Positions 1 through 12,300 of a DNA stretch of 64,000 nt are shown here, in pieces. The first letter of the stretch is position 1. Each line of letters begins with the position of its first letter. The notes beneath the pieces are model-generated. The model searched no databases, had not been told where the DNA came from, and worked only from the letters and a program-made list of their open reading frames with translations. A program made the position numbers and the translations under genes. Source of the stretch: Lingula anatina (taxonomy: Eukaryota > Animalia > Brachiopoda); NCBI GenBank assembly GCA_051362555.1, contig CM120640.1, positions 57,762,788-57,826,787 on the forward strand, given 5' to 3'.

Positions 1-189
1 GACAAATATGAATACAATTGCGACAACGAATTGTAAGATTCACGACTTGATTGACTCACAAAAAGTGCAGTCGCGTTCTATTAAACCTGTAGTAAGTCCT
101 TGTAAAAAGGTGCGTTTAACGTGATAAGTATATCGATGACGACATGAAACATATTCAAGGATCACATTGCTGCTAAATCGAAGTCATAC

Positions 190-3100
190 CATCTGGTCAC
201 TCTCTTTAATCTCGCATATTTCCATAGCTTTTCTCATCTCTCCGAATTCTGCGGCATCGTCAATTGTATTGACCGAAATACACTGCCCCTAAAATGATAT
301 TGTGTGTAAAAAAATTGAAAGCAGTATTGCATTTATCACTTTTCTGACCGGCATGTGCTTATTTGAAAATGAAAAAGGAGGAATCAAGAAGCAGGGTGGT
401 GGTTTACAATATTTATTATAAAAAGCTACATAAGAAGATAATGTAAACTTGTATTCAGTCTAACACAAATTTAACGATAAGCGAGAATAGGTTAGAAAGT
501 CAAATTGCAATGCAATAATGGAAGGTGGCTTAGCATATAAGAAAGTTAAGATTGCAATGTATAACAAACTGAACAAATGACAAATAAGAAATATACATGG
601 GGCCCTGTAGGAAAACACCTTGTGTTTTATTTCTTTCGAAATTTCAAAACTGTTTTAACTGTTTTAAAGAGAAGAAAATTTTCACGTTCAATGTCGTTGA
701 ATAAAATCTCGATGTCAACTAACCTTACAAAGAATCGCATACGAGTTTGGATCTTTGTGAAGTCGAAGATGATCTAATAGTTTTCTATCTCCGCTGGCCA
801 GCAACTAGGAAGAAAATGTAAGAATTGGGTCCTTGCTGTTTTCTTAGAACATGTTATACATATTCACAAGCAAGATGGCCTCGATATCTTTAATAAAAAC
901 ACAATAAAAACCACCTATTGTATTACTGAATCGAAAATAAGGTAAAGTACAAAGTATTATACCTGATAGAATATATGGAAATTTCTCTCTCCGGTTGTTT
1001 GGTTGACAATTCTAGATTTTTCTAGTAGGTAGTTGAGGATATGACCGCCTACGGGATGTCCCTGAAATGCCACAGACTGTCACTTTGCACACAGCTGACT
1101 GAATAGATTCCCTGCGATACATGTATAGATCTACAGGGTGGTCCATAAAAAACGACCTATTCCCCCCCTCTAAAAGATGGTTCTAATGATATTGCCCCAT
1201 TATATTTTAGGTGATATAGAGCAGAGCCCCAACAATTCTTCTGATATGTATACTGCCTGTTCAGATCCATATTGGTACCAGAAGAATTGTCTGGGACTCT
1301 ATAAATACTGAAGCACTATCATTAGAAATATTTTTAGAGGGAAAACAAAAAAGGTCTTTTTTTATGAATCACCCTGTCTTTAATAATATTCAAATGACGT
1401 ATAAAATGACATGTGCAGAATCCAATCAGGCACAAAGGCCTTTATTTTCGACTACTTAATTTTATTTATTTAGAAGGACGTTACAAAGGACTCGGTTTCG
1501 CGATTCACCCGTGGAATTGTATGCTGCTCATTCAAATAAATGTTATACGAATGTGTGCAGTTCTTTCTTTGTTATGCTTTTTAATTCATAATGCTATTTG
1601 TATCTTAAGTTTACCGACCTTGATACTGAACTGTATGTCCATGTACTTGCCAAACCGACTAGAGTTGTCGTTTCTCGTTGTCTTTGCGTTTCCAAAAGCC
1701 TAAGGAAGAGAAAGAATCAATTCCTAAAATAATTTGAAAATAAATATAGTAATTGCGTTTTTACCCGGAACACATTTTTGTTTCAGTGTGTGCTTGCACT
1801 TACAGCTTTCAAACACATGCTACACATACATGTAATAACTGGAATTTCAACATATGAGTAGACAAGTAAACATACAAGTTAAAACGTTGCTTACTTCTAG
1901 GATAGGATTTGATTGTAACAGCCGTTTCTTGACTTGGTCTACCTTCACTGTGTGTGGACAGCTGGCGGCTATATAGTGCAAGATTTTTTTGGTAGCTTCG
2001 GTTTTTCCTGCTCCTGATTCCCCAGAGATAAGTACGCATTGGTCTCGGAATTCAGTCACGATAGACCGGTAGGCTGTGTTGGCAATAGCATAACTGGATT
2101 TATAAAACATTATTTAATGTGTCACCTCTCATAAATTTCACAATATAAAAATGATTTTGTTAATACGTTAAAAAAACCAAAATGATCAAGAGTCTTTAAC
2201 ATTTGTATAGTACGCCAGTAATCAGTGTAAGAAGAAAGCGCTCTGGTTCGCTTTAAGGTACACTCCATTGGCTTGAAAATCCCAAAATGCTGATTGTTGC
2301 CATCCTTGGCTTTTTATAAAACCTTAATACACCTTAAAATTGATTTAACCCCTTCCATATTTTTTTTCTGCAGCATACCTGACTTTGATATTTCCATTGG
2401 GTCTTATAGGAAAATGGTGACTGTTATATTGACTGCCCGGTCATTTTACGTTAAAATCAACCTTCATAAATTTCATCAAAGGTTGAATCCCAATGCAGAG
2501 GGGGATTCGTTAGTAAGAGAAATTCGCTTTTTTCCCAGGAAAAACCATTTTGGTGGGCAACTTTCATGGAGTGTACCTTTGAATAAAAAGTAAAACTATA
2601 CCATACCATGTTGTTTATTTTCGTCATCAGGCCAGTTCTTTAAGAAAGTCTTTAAGTAACTGTATACTCACATGTGAGGTGGGACTTCGTAGAATCCAAC
2701 ATTTTGATATAAAGCCACAATACGGTCGTTGTATATGTTCAAGGTCCTGTAGGGGTTGACTGAAATAAGTACTGGACCGATGTAAGTCTGAAATAGTAAA
2801 CCTTAGCTTAAAAAAAATCATAACAGAATGAATGTGAAGGATTTCTTCAAAATGAGTGGTAGACATATGCAAGGGACGAACCTCAGGACAGGGAGGGACA
2901 AAACGCAAAACCTTCTTTCATTTAAGTTTGAAAATGAGGAAAATGCTATAACGTTTGAACGCAGAAGCTGATAGTTAAGAGGTAGAGCTATGTAACGCTA
3001 TATGTAACAACTACATTTTTTTACAACACAAAAGTACATCATAATCGATTCAATCGCTTTTAAATAGCTTTTACGTGAGTTTTAGATTAGAGCAATAAAT

Positions 3101-3278
3101 TGTGTCTTTTAAATCATTCTGTACATACGTATATTAGATCCTCTCGAAATCTTTTCTGTAAGTTATCCACAAAAGCCTGCATGGACTTATAGTCCTCCAA
3201 AAGGACACAGTCCTGAACTCCAACTTTAGTTCGAGCACTCAGTGTATCCATGGTTTTCTCTTGGTTTGTTGTCAACAT
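190..3278 (-). CDS. Class I myosin (MYO1C/H-like), 5' exons; gene continues off the left edge
   Basis: GT-AG exons 3278-3129, 2787-2672, 2093-1895, 1699-1619, 1061-963, 804-724, 288-190 join in frame. They give [21 protein letters not shown]...[17 protein letters not shown]-loop [27 protein letters not shown] and NYLLEKSR. Confidence 0.92.
1134..1376. mobile_element. Tc1/mariner-type MITE in a myosin intron
   Basis: TA|CAGGGTGGTCCATAAAAAA ... TTTTTTATGAATCACCCTG imperfect TIRs; the interior is also partly self-complementary. Confidence 0.7.
2256..2578. mobile_element. MITE with 13-bp TIRs
   Basis: AGGTACACTCCAT (2256) and ATGGAGTGTACCT (ends 2578); left end in a TTAA context. Confidence 0.6.
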
Positions 3279-6199
3279 GTTTGAGAAAGGTCCGTGTTCA
3301 TCTTACGTTGAATGTTTTGTTTCCTTGGCAATATGGCGTATTCATTAACCCCGGATCGCAGTCTCAATTCCACAAATTGGTATTAATCATAGATGTCTCA
3401 CTCTAGGTTTCATGGTGTCGTGACATATTTGTTATATGACATTATCAACAAGCTGGAATTATAAGCAATAATACGTATGTATAATAACCTTTGATTATCA
3501 TTTCAAATTAGATTAATTACTAGTAAACGATCCTTCATTACTGAAACGCCCATTTATCCCACCAATTGTGTTTAATGTCCACTGCAATTACGACCTATTA
3601 ACTCCACCTGCAACTTCACTGGAAAGGTTAATGATAATTGACCCCAGGTTTTTGCTATATCACTAACGTCAGAGAATCCAGCATATGTTTCAAAAGCACA
3701 AGTAAAACATTTGCATATCAGTGTACTTACTGTGACCACCGCTGTTTGAAAAAGACTACACAACCAATAAGTATAAAAGTACGTTTGAGTCTACACGTTT
3801 TACATATCGAAATCAGCGAACTAATAGGCACGTCAAAGAACAGTTCCAAATTTTGGATAAAGCGAATTTTGAATTTAAGTATATTTTTGCCAGCGTGAAA
3901 TGTTCAGATTGAGCCTTACCTTGTCATGCAGAGGACTGAACGACTACACAGTCACGTAGGCTCCTAGTTCCACCCACTGTACCACCTGGCTTCATTGAAG
4001 TAAGCCTGGTGACAACCGGCCTGTCTAACAGATAGACGGCGACATGGACAGCTGGTGCACGGACAGCTTATGGTCGCAAGTTGTGAAAAGACTTACACAA
4101 TATGATCAGTCTCTTCGACAGAGCTAAACAATCCCAGACTATTCTGCCCTCAACACATGGAACATTCTGCTTCCTGGGATTCCTTTCCTTGTTATTTTTA
4201 CATTCCTTAAATATCTTAAATAAACGGGAAATTTTTATGGAAAGCGAAAGAGGTGCATAAATGAAGCGTCACTGGTCTCCCCAAATTAAAGAGGTGAACG
4301 ATTCTTGTACAAATTAATTACTTTATTGAAGTGAAAGATAAGAGCCAGCTGTACGAGCGCGTAACCGGCTGTAATGAAAGATCAAAGGATGGCAAAAGTA
4401 AATGAGTATTATGATAAACATCAAAGCTTTAATTAATAAGAACGTTCACAATATATTTTGTCTAAAAATATAAAGTTAGCTGGACAGTTTCATTTCTTTT
4501 TCTATTATCAAACGCCAACGAACATCATGCAAATGTATGGTTGCAATCTAATGAAAAACGTCGGTCCATATTTATGTCGTAAACCGAAATTGTACAAGAT
4601 ATAAACAATTTGCAATCAAGGCAAATTCAGGAAAATTTCAACAAAGACAATAAGTTAACATTAATTATGGCGCGTGAGAATTTTGGCGTCAATATTTCAG
4701 GAAGACGCTTCCAATCGAGCAATGACGAAGAGGTTCAAAACCGTCGTTAAAACTTTAGTGCATATATTCAGGGTATCGTCAAGCTGTTGAGCTATTAAAA
4801 AATAAACATATGACAAGTGTTCTGTTTTTATGTTACCATATGCAGATACAAAATGTCATCGACTTACTTGAATTTCAGAACCATGTCACGAGTTTGCATA
4901 CGAATTAGTCACTTTCAAATATTGTATACTTAAAATTAAGCTGCATTCATAAGATTTTAATAAAATCATGATCCTGAAATTCCCATCAGACATATTTAAG
5001 TGATTGGCATCCGTTTAAAAATTCCAAAGTCTATTTAATTATATATATCTTACCAGTCATTTAAAAGGTGGTAGAGGAATGACAGATATTTGAATAAATC
5101 AACAATTGGAATATATATCATATTTTTGGTCATGTACACATTATAAACTCATTCATTATTGCGCCAGATGGCGATTGCTGATGGCGCCTTAAACAGCTGA
5201 TCGTGACTTGTACTTGTCAAAACTATGTAAATAAAAGTGTCCTGATTTGTCCGCAAAAAAAGATAATTCTAGGCACATTTCTAATATCATAAATTGGGGG
5301 GGGGGGGGGGGCTTCCACCTTTATTTCAGCATTTTTTTCACAAAATAGATACTTATATTGATTATAACTATATTGAAATAGAGAACAACAATCATTGTTG
5401 AATACACGATATGACACTTTTAACTTTCATCAACAAGAAGCAACTAAAATGGTTTGTATTTACACTTATTTTACGTTTTCACACACTTGTGGAACTTTGG
5501 CATTAGGAAAGATTAGTATTCAATTAATGAACTCAGACTCTTTCCTTATTACAATACTGGTTCTTACTCACAATGCCACACTGAAAGGGCTAAGTCAATT
5601 CAAGTTGTTCAAATAAATACATACAGTGCAGATTTTAGTTTTGTATATGTCACACATTCAGTATGAGGGATAAATAATAAACCCATTAAATTACATGAAA
5701 GCACTTATTGCAACTCCAAAAGAATTCAGTTGTAACTGGTTTTCAGAGCAACCAGAGTCAATAAAATAGGGATGGATCCATGAATTTGACTGTTTATATT
5801 ATTCACTCTTAAATATGTAATACATACATATCTTATACATTGAATAGTTTGCATAAAATTAGGTTGAATTCATTAGTATCAAATCAAATAACAAGCACTC
5901 TCAGAAAAAAAATGCTAGCTTATTATATCCATGATGCTCAAATTAAAATTAAGTATTTGGAAATGTCCACATTATCTTTAAAATGGCAATGTTACACTTT
6001 GTAAAAAGCTCACTAAATGCAACAGATGGGTTCTTAAGGTCACCATAACAACCTTGTTTCAGAGAGTTTTTTTTATAAGCACACAAAATCATCAAAAGAA
6101 ATGGATTCTCCCAGAAAATCTTCAAATGTTTTCCTCAATATTATTCTATCACAATACATTACTATTTTCATTGAAAATATACTTCATGGAATATAAACT

Positions 6200-6352
6200 T
6201 CACATCTTTGACTTGAAATATCTTTTGAATTCCTGCCGGGCTATGGCTCTCATATGGACCTCATCTGGACCATCAGCTATCCTTAATATTCTTGCCCACA
6301 TGAACATGGCTGCCAATGGAACATCAGAGTTCACTCCAGCCCCACCAAAAGC
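6200..6352 (-). CDS. ACAD10: ACAD10 distal alternative last exon (ends ...KSKM*)
   Basis: ttctag acceptor, 153 nt: [50 protein letters not shown]. Confidence 0.9.
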   Translation of the reverse strand, partial: AFGGAGVNSDVPLAAMFMWARILRIADGPDEVHMRAIARQEFKRYFKSKM

Positions 6353-9300
6353 CTAGAACAGAAAACTTAAATCCTGACAGAAAGTTGAGCACATCAAATG
6401 GACGCCAAGAGGACAGGAAGAGTAAGATGCAGCAGAGAGTTACAGCTTTGATTTCAATAACTTCCTGAGTTCCCCCCTGGCTATAGAGCGTAAATGAACT
6501 TCATCAGGACCATCTGCCAATCTGAGTGTTCTTGCTGCAGCAAACATGGCAGACAGTGGAATGTCGGAATTGACCCCAGCACCTCCATGAGCCTATGGTT
6601 ATAATGCAACAAATGACAAAATGCAAAATGTACAAAGTGTAAGTTGCACAAATAGAAAGTTAAAAAAAAATGTAGACCTTCACAAACTGAAGCAAATATC
6701 CAAACAATACATAGAAAAGTGAGTACCAGCACGAGATGGTGATTATATTAGTTATAACAATAAGTTAGCATTTCCAATATAGTAACTCTACCTTGTGACA
6801 GTGTTTGCCTTTCTTGTAATGTATTGTCTTATTTTCTGTATTATTATTATTAGTGTAAGTTAACATTTACAGAACACATTTTTAATAACTTAAAGTAGCA
6901 AAAATTGTTTTCACCTGAATTGCTCTATCAATCACATTAAGTGCCATGTTAGGAGCTGCCACTTTTATCATTGCTATCTCTGGAGCAGCAACCTAGAGGC
7001 AGAGACAAATATAAAATTCAACTTTCAAAGTTTATGTTGAAGCACAATCGGTATTAACTCTATCAGAATCACTTTTAGACAAAACAAAATGAAGAATATA
7101 TTAAGCAAGATCAAACTTTGCATAAAGCTACACTATACATAAAATGATAAAATAAAACTCACTTTCAAAAACAGTTTCAGAATTAAGACAAATTACTTTT
7201 AAACTGTTACTTTCAAAAGATGCAAGCAGACATTATACATACATGACAACTCTTACAGCACCAGATGCTAGTTTAACACAGTGATAATTCTCAAGCATGA
7301 AATAATGCCCTGGTCTCCATCTAATACCTTATTTCCTACAGTGTCCATCATATGGGCAGCTTTGAGCACCAACAGTCTGGTCTGTTCTATCTCTATTCTA
7401 GACTTGGCAATGTCAGCTCTGATGGTCCCTTGATCAGCAAGAGGCCTACCAAAGGCAACACGGTTCTGAACCTACACAGAAAAGTGAATATATAAAGATA
7501 CTATTATTTTAACATACGTCAAAACAAACCTGCCATTCCCTATCAGACGAGATCAAAGTTTTCACATTTTTCTTTCACTATAAAAACAATTTTCTTGACT
7601 ATTTAGTTTAATTCATTCTTACATCTCCATAGGGATATTGCATTTTCCTTGAAAATTTCTTTTTAAAAATTAATAAATACATAAAGCAGTGGATTTTTTA
7701 TAGTAAAACTATATTTCAATTGCTCTTACTCTATCTAACATAAGATCCAAAGCTCTCTCAGCAGATCCTATCAGTCTCATGCAGTGGTGGATTCTTCCTG
7801 GGCCAAGTCTACCCTGGGCAATCTCAAAGCCTCTCCCTTCACCCAGCAGTAGATTACAAGCTGGCACTCGAACATTCTCAAACAACACTTCTGCATGGCC
7901 ATCTGTGAAAACAAAATAATAAATTTCCTTTAGTTTAGGTTTAAAATCTTTAACAACAGAACAGGGGCAACCTCCATGTTTACAAACAAAAAATAAATAA
8001 AACTGCTTATGAACTGTTGGTGGTAAATTTAATTATGGAACTCAAATTTGCACTTCAGCTCAAATTGTTTAATTCTAAATTATCACAATATCCTTTAAGA
8101 GGCTCTGAAAGTTAAGAAACACAAAAACATACGTGGTGCATCCTGGGATCCGAACACATTAAGAGGCCTCAGTATTTTCACCCCTGGGGCATCCATTGGC
8201 ACCAGGATCATACTCTGCTGTCTGTGCATTGGTGCCTCAAGGTCTGTCTTACCCATAAATATGGCCAATTTACAACGGGGATCCATTGCACCTTAATCAA
8301 TATATGAATGAGAAAACCCAAAATCTATATAATGTAAGACAACTCACATCATTACCCAATCACTTACAAGTTACCACCAAACAAAAAAAAAAAAAAAAAA
8401 AAAACAAAACAAAAAAAAAATGCAATTTATCACAATAAATTTAATGTGTGAAAAGATATCCTATTTGAAAATGGAAAATTCTTTTATGAAACAATGAAGT
8501 TTTACTCTTACCTGATGTCCACCACTTGTGTCCATTGATCACATATGAATCTCCATCTCTTCTAATGGAGGATTCAATATTAGTTGCATCAGATGATGCA
8601 ACCTAAACCATGAGAAAAACATTTATATAACAAATTCTAATCATGTATCAACTGAAGCCAGATCATTTTAAAGGAATAATAACTGTTTGCTTTGGCCAAA
8701 AAATGAATTTTCCTGGAGTAAACAACAATTTTCCCATACTTACCAATGGTTAACGAATCTGTTTCTACATTCAAAGTTAGTCCCTGTTTTTTTTTTTTCT
8801 AAAAAGTTTGGTTTTATGTTATAATCTCTTAAGAGATTATTACAGAGTATATCCATCTATGGAGGTCACATTAAGTTAATTATGAAAATTAATCTACAAT
8901 GATCAAAACTACTATGATCTAAATATCTTGTACCTCCATATCAATCAGACCTTATATAATATTTTGACAATATGATACTAAAGTTAAGATCTTGTGTCAG
9001 TTTCAAGTACTTTGTACCACTTAAAAAAGTATCTGCACCTCATTTCTTACTTTGTGGCATTTGAAGTCTAATGAAGGACACAACGGCATGAAGAATCTTT
9101 GAGAAGAATCTAATCTATTTTTACTTTTGTAACACAAAAAAGACCTATCCACCAATCAACTTCAAATTTATCAATGAATATTATATAAGACTTCTTGCCA
9201 ACCAAACATTACCTGTGGTTCAGTCATGGCAAAGCAAGACCTAATTGTTCCCTCCAGCAATGGAGTCAACCATTTCTGCTTTTGTTCCTCTGTTCCGTAA

Positions 9301-12300
9301 CGTATTAAAACTTCCATATTACCAGTGTCAGGGGCACTGCAGTTGAATATCTGTGAGGTAAAGAATGTGATTGTGGAGACCAGTTTATTTGTAAGCAAGG
9401 GTAGCCTTATGTAAAAAGAGACTAAGATCATCTATTTTTTCCAAGAAGAAAAAAGAAGAAAAAAATTTAAAGACAAAAATAAATAAATATATAAAAGAAA
9501 TAAAATAACTCACAATTTTATGATCCTAACCATAAAAATCATCCAGATGATATTACGATAACTGTAAAGGTAGCGTAACATATCATTCACAACTAAGGGT
9601 ATAGGACACATATTATAATACCTCTGGGGCAAACACACACTTCCCCATCTCCTCACATATCATAGCATACTCCAGATTGGTCAGACCAGCCCCATAGTGA
9701 CAGTCTTGGTCAGATTCAATTGGAATGAACAAATTCCATAAACCTTCAGCCTTGGCTTTGGCCTGTTAAAAGAAAAAACAAGGCAGCAAAGCTGTCAAAT
9801 GTACAGACAAAAAACAGAAAATAAAGATGCAAAATAGGTCATTTTGTCAATTTTGATGCAATAATAAATAATGCTTATAATAACACAGTCAGTTAACACT
9901 GATTTTTAAACATGCACAACAGGTAACATGGTCAATAACAGGAGCAGATCAAGAGATATTTTCTGACAGTATTCCAAAGTATCTTTGTTGATCCATCCTC
10001 CACTTTTGATGGTCTTCCAACAGAAAAAATTGATACCAGGCAATGTAAACTTTAAAATCTGACCGTCATCTGACCCAGAAGACGGCCTCAATCCACCCCT
10101 GCAATAAGATTACAGTTTCTGGACTATGAGAGTTCAAATTCACATAATGAAAATCCCAATATTTGAAAAATGTTGACAGTGCATAAAATAATATTATATA
10201 ATGTTTAAAGACATAAAAACCTATGCAACTGCTTATGTGGAAATACAGAAAATCTGAAGAGCTTCAGGTGGATGGGAGTTGAAAATGCCAGTGTTTAGAA
10301 AAAAATTAAAAAGAAAACACAAATAAAAAAAAAATATTCCAATAAAGCTGCTATTCAAACTTTTAATCTTGCTGTATTAACATGATATGAATAATCCCAA
10401 TGTGTTTGAGGATAATAAGGCACTGTTATTCATCTATAGCATTAATGTTGGCATTGCACAAATTTTTTTTCTTTTGTAAACTTATTTGCAATATTAAACA
10501 ACATTTACCTGCATAATTATCACCAATTCCTAATTATGTGACACAGTTAAGAGAGCTTAACCTATAGGACTTGAATGGGAAATCTCAACGTGTGTTTTAT
10601 GTAATCTTATTTAATGGGCACTTGAAAATCAATTAGGCAAGTAATTTTATAGCTCTGAATTTGGCTAGTGATTATCCCAAGGGACAATTACCACCATCCA
10701 TAAACAGTAGCCCCATATAGCACTCCATAGAGCTGCATTGCTTCCAAAACAGAAAACAATCACACTGATTTCCAACACAAGCTACACTAGTCCTATGAAA
10801 CTTTTCAGTAAGTTAGAATATCATAAGTAAAATGGTTTTTCCTTAATGGTCATCCCAGCAGCGATGTCCAAAAAAGTTTTTTTTCATCTTTTATGCAATT
10901 TAACATAATGCTTAACAGCACAATGGCCATCAATTTTTAATAATAAAGAAAATGTATCATAGCTATTCAAAAGATGTGACTAGCAATGGTATTCAAGCCA
11001 ATGAAAGTTCAAAGACTAAGTCACACCTTGAAAATGTCCATATGTGAAAATTTTAATTGTAACAAAAAACTATATAATCTCCAAGAAAGTTAACAGATGT
11101 AACAGGTTTTCCAACTGAAGCTATAATTTAGTGCTATGCTACATTTCTATAAGTTTGAGAAGAGTAAGTGACTTGGTTTTCCTTTAATGGTCACTATGGA
11201 GGCATTGTCTAAAATGGGGTTGTCTTCAATTTTGATGCAATATTACATAATGCTTCACAGCATAATGACCATCAATTTTTAATAATAAAATAAAAGTATC
11301 ATGGATATTCAGAAAATTTGATATGGAAAGGTCTTCAGGGCCATGGAAGTTCAGAGTCACAACTTCAAAATCAGGCCTACCCAACTGCCAGACTCGGCAC
11401 CTAAGGATCCTGAATTAACCGGTATATATCGGACCACACTTCCCGTTTTCAAGGTGTGTGTCAGATCGCATTTCGGAGTATCAGCCAGAACACCGACAGG
11501 ATGAGCCCTGGCATGCTCGGCTGTCACCTTGATTGGATAGTAAACGATTGTCGTAAAATCGCTATATGATTTTAAAACCAGGTGCATGATTTTGAAAGCC
11601 ACCTAGATGAACCTTAGACTGCCACATTAATCTAATACAATGCAAAAAAAGCCCTATCAAAAGTGGTTAAAACATTCAAACCGAATGTTGTCAAGTCCCC
11701 ATATATCCCCATAGAGACAATAAAATAGAGTGCTCTAAAGTAAGAGTACAGTTTAAGGTTGTTCAGCCGAGCGTGGACGAGCCTGCAGTCGTGCTACAAA
11801 ATTTGTTCTGGGGTATGATACTCCGAAATGCGATCTGACACACACCTTGAAAACGGGTAGCGTGGTCTGATATACCGGTTAATTCAGGATCCTTAGGTGC
11901 CGAGTCTGGTAGTTGGGTAGGCCTGAAAATGCCAAAATGTACAAAAGAGATAACTGTACTGAAATGAATTTCTTTCCACTTTCAACACTTTTTTTACATA
12001 TATCAAAATAATCAATTTACTGTTGTTTTTAAATGATCAACTAAGAAAGTTGTTGACATAGGAAAAATATCAATAGAACAATTTCAAATGTCCAATTTGT
12101 TCCATTCTGAGATTCTGAACATGGTGAATGATTGAATCTGACAAACTGTAAAGATATGAGTTTATTTCCATTTTTGACACATTATTACAAAATGCACAAT
12201 AACAGGTTTACCATCATTTTTATATAATCAACTAACAATATTGTTAAGATGCAGAAAACGTCAAAAGAACACCTTTACATTACTAATTAGTTCACAAATG

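Noticed and set aside
9906-10110. ORF with an acceptor-like site as another duplicated ACAD10 exon
   Set aside because: No similarity to neighbouring exons and no suitable donor seen; it lies inside a repeat.
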